Positions 56,110 through 57,871 of a DNA stretch of 57,871 nt are shown here, in pieces. This DNA comes from Candidatus Woesearchaeota archaeon (GTDB lineage Archaea; Nanobdellota; Nanobdellia; Woesearchaeales; UBA11576): assembly GCA_016929255.1 (NCBI GenBank), contig JAFGJH010000059.1:1-57871 (forward strand). The letters are read 5' to 3'. Positions within the stretch are counted from its first letter, which is position 1. The number at the start of each line of letters is the position of its first letter. The notes below the pieces were generated by a model. It was not told the origin of the DNA. It worked only from the letters and a program-made list of their open reading frames with translations, and made no database searches. The translations under genes and the position numbers were made by a program.

Positions 56110-57153
56110 ATGATAATAGGCTTGACAGGAATGTACTGCTCCGGGAAGGATTCTGTCGCAGAGCACCTTGCAAAAAGAGGCTTTGTCCATTTCTCGCTTT
56201 CTGACATCATAAGGGAAGAGCTGGGTAGAAGAGGTATAGAGGTGACGAGAGATAGCCTCATAAAAGTTGCAAACGAACTCAGGCAGGAACACGGACACGG
56301 TGTGCTGGGGGAAAGAGCGCTTCTGAAGATGAAGGAAAAAGGAGGGGATTTCGTAATAAGCTCGATAAGGCATCCTGCCGAGGCAAAAGCGCTGATGAAG
56401 CACGGGCATTTCTTCCTTGTCGATGTAAGAGCCCCCATCAAGACACGCTTTGAGAGGATCAAGGCCAGGAAGAGGGAGAATGACCCAACCACCATTGCAG
56501 AGCTCAAGAAAAAGGAGAAGTTAGAGAGCCAGGAGAGCGGGCCGGGACAGCAGCTGACAAATACCGCCAAGATGTCGCAATATGTCGTCATGAATGACGG
56601 AACAGTGAAGCAGCTGCATGCAAAAGTCGACAAGCTCCTCGCAGACCTGATAAAGAAGACCGAGAAGATGCCTGAATATATCAGGCCGAGCTGGGACGAG
56701 TACTTCATGGGCATAGTCGACGCAGTGGCGAAAAGGGCGACCTGCGACAGGGGAAGGACAGCAGTCGTGCTGGTCAGGGACAAGAGAATACTGTCGACTG
56801 GTTATGTCGGTTCACCTATGGGCATAGCGCACTGCGACGACGTCGGCCACCTGATGAAGAAAATAATACACGAGGACGGAAGCGTCTCGCAGCACTGCAT
56901 GAGGACAAACCACGCGGAAGTCAACGCGGTCGCGCTTGCAGCAAGGAACGGCGTCTCGATAGACAAGTCGACTCTGTACTGCAGGCTCGCTCCATGCTAC
57001 ACCTGCGCAAAGATGATAATCAACGCAGGGATAGTCAGGGTTGTGTGCCAGAAGAGATACCACGCAGACAAGGAAAGCATGGAGCTTTTCAGGCAGGCGA
57101 AAATCAAGGTTGAGGTCCTGGACAACACCGTAGAGCAGTACAAGAACCAGTGA
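56110..57153 (+). CDS. Fusion of a P-loop (DPCK/NMP-kinase-like) kinase domain with dCMP deaminase
   Basis: Start at the ATG at 56110 (GGGGAGGT upstream). N-terminal IIGLTGMYCSGKDS P-loop. C-terminal deaminase Zn motifs HAEVNA and PCYTCAKMI. Confidence 0.75.
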   Translation: MIIGLTGMYCSGKDSVAEHLAKRGFVHFSLSDIIREELGRRGIEVTRDSLIKVANELRQEHGHGVLGERALLKMKEKGGDFVISSIRHPAEAKALMKHGHFFLVDVRAPIKTRFERIKARKRENDPTTIAELKKKEKLESQESGPGQQLTNTAKMSQYVVMNDGTVKQLHAKVDKLLADLIKKTEKMPEYIRPSWDEYFMGIVDAVAKRATCDRGRTAVVLVRDKRILSTGYVGSPMGIAHCDDVGHLMKKIIHEDGSVSQHCMRTNHAEVNAVALAARNGVSIDKSTLYCRLAPCYTCAKMIINAGIVRVVCQKRYHADKESMELFRQAKIKVEVLDNTVEQYKNQ

Positions 57154-57209
57154 AGATCCCCAATCCCTGTAAATATTTATAAATGAAAACATCTCTTTCT
57201 GCGTTTAAA

Positions 57210-57785
57210 ATGATAGTCGGAGTCACAGGACCTATCTGTGCGGGGAAAGGGAGGGTAGTCGATGAGTTCAAGAAGCTCGGCTTTGTGCACCACTCATTCT
57301 CAGCAGAGATAAGGCAGGTCGCCAAGGAAAGAGGCATAGAAATCAACAGGCTGAGCCTAAGCAAGCTCGGCCATGACCTGCGCAGAGAAAGCCCCAGGCA
57401 TTCAATCCTGGCGTCGCGCGTGCTTGCGCACATACACGACGACATGAAAAGAGGCTCGCACAGGTTTGTCGTGGAGGGGATGAGGGACTTCGATGAGCTC
57501 TTCATGTTCAGGGAGCACGAGCTCGAGAAACCAGACATGCGGTTCATCCTGATCGGAGTGGACGCCCCGCAGGAGCTGAGATGGAAAAGACTCAAGAAAA
57601 GGGCGAGGCACGGAGACCCCCGGACATTCGGGGAGTTCAAGAGGATAGACGACTGGGAGCTCAGCGGCAGAGGAGGGCAGGAAGTCGCAAGGTGCATGAA
57701 GATGGCAGATTACATGATAGTGAATGACTCGACGCTGCCCGAGCTTAAGAGGAAAGTTAAGGGGATATTCAGGGAGATAATTTAA
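57210..57785 (+). CDS. Stand-alone P-loop kinase, paralog of the kinase domain of the preceding gene
   Basis: MIVGVTGPICAGKGRVVDEFKKLGFVHHSFSAEIR parallels MIIGLTGMYCSGKDSVAEHLAKRGFVHFSLSDIIR. The TATA at 57173-57183 makes the ATG at 57210 the likely leaderless start. Confidence 0.65.
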   Translation: MIVGVTGPICAGKGRVVDEFKKLGFVHHSFSAEIRQVAKERGIEINRLSLSKLGHDLRRESPRHSILASRVLAHIHDDMKRGSHRFVVEGMRDFDELFMFREHELEKPDMRFILIGVDAPQELRWKRLKKRARHGDPRTFGEFKRIDDWELSGRGGQEVARCMKMADYMIVNDSTLPELKRKVKGIFREII

Positions 57786-57871
57786 ACTAGAGAATTCCCC
57801 ACAGCTTGCTGTGGGGTAAAACTCTTATAAAGGAAGCTCTTTTTATGGTATTCTATGGTTAAGAAGTCCGC

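Overview
Gene-dense segment (about 90% coding, about 50% GC) that reads as archaeal. Many genes have A/T-rich TATA boxes (TTTATATA-like) about 25 nt upstream, and starts are either GGAGGTG-type Shine-Dalgarno or leaderless. Archaeal-type information genes are present: RFC large subunit, alpha2-type GlyRS, MCM-family ATPase, single-OB SSB, Mre11, class I CCA-adding enzyme, Taw1/TYW1 radical SAM, HerA-like and FlaI-like ATPases. There are also many small coiled-coil or membrane orphans and a few bacterial-looking genes (590-aa-type AspRS, short TGT). My inference is a small-genome, DPANN-like archaeon. No rRNA, CRISPR array, integrase or transposase gene was seen. All family calls come from motif recognition in the translated ORFs; no searches were run. 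Main observations, in window order: (1) A tRNA-Phe(GAA) gene interrupted by three introns (D-loop, canonical 37/38, T-loop), followed by a cluster of covarying hairpins. (2) A co-directional block at 10.2-17.9 kb: a HerA-like ATPase, four orphan ORFs, and a 905-aa protein with two divergent nucleotide-cyclase/GGDEF/Cas10-like palm signatures. (3) At least seven MITE-like GC-rich intergenic elements, one with a perfect 11-bp TIR and 9-bp target-site duplication. (4) A membrane module at 29.4-37.6 kb: three tandem paralogous polytopic proteins, a second HerA/FtsK-family ATPase, a small membrane protein and a long FlaI-family ATPase, reminiscent of Ced/Ted-type DNA transport. (5) A GAF-GAF class III adenylate cyclase divergently paired with a DAC (DisA_N)-like protein whose catalytic motifs are altered. 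(6) A dTMP/folate island: Tmk-like kinase, tandem-duplicated ThyX-like protein, FolC, flavoprotein, GlyA, kinase-dCMP deaminase fusion, and a paralogous kinase.
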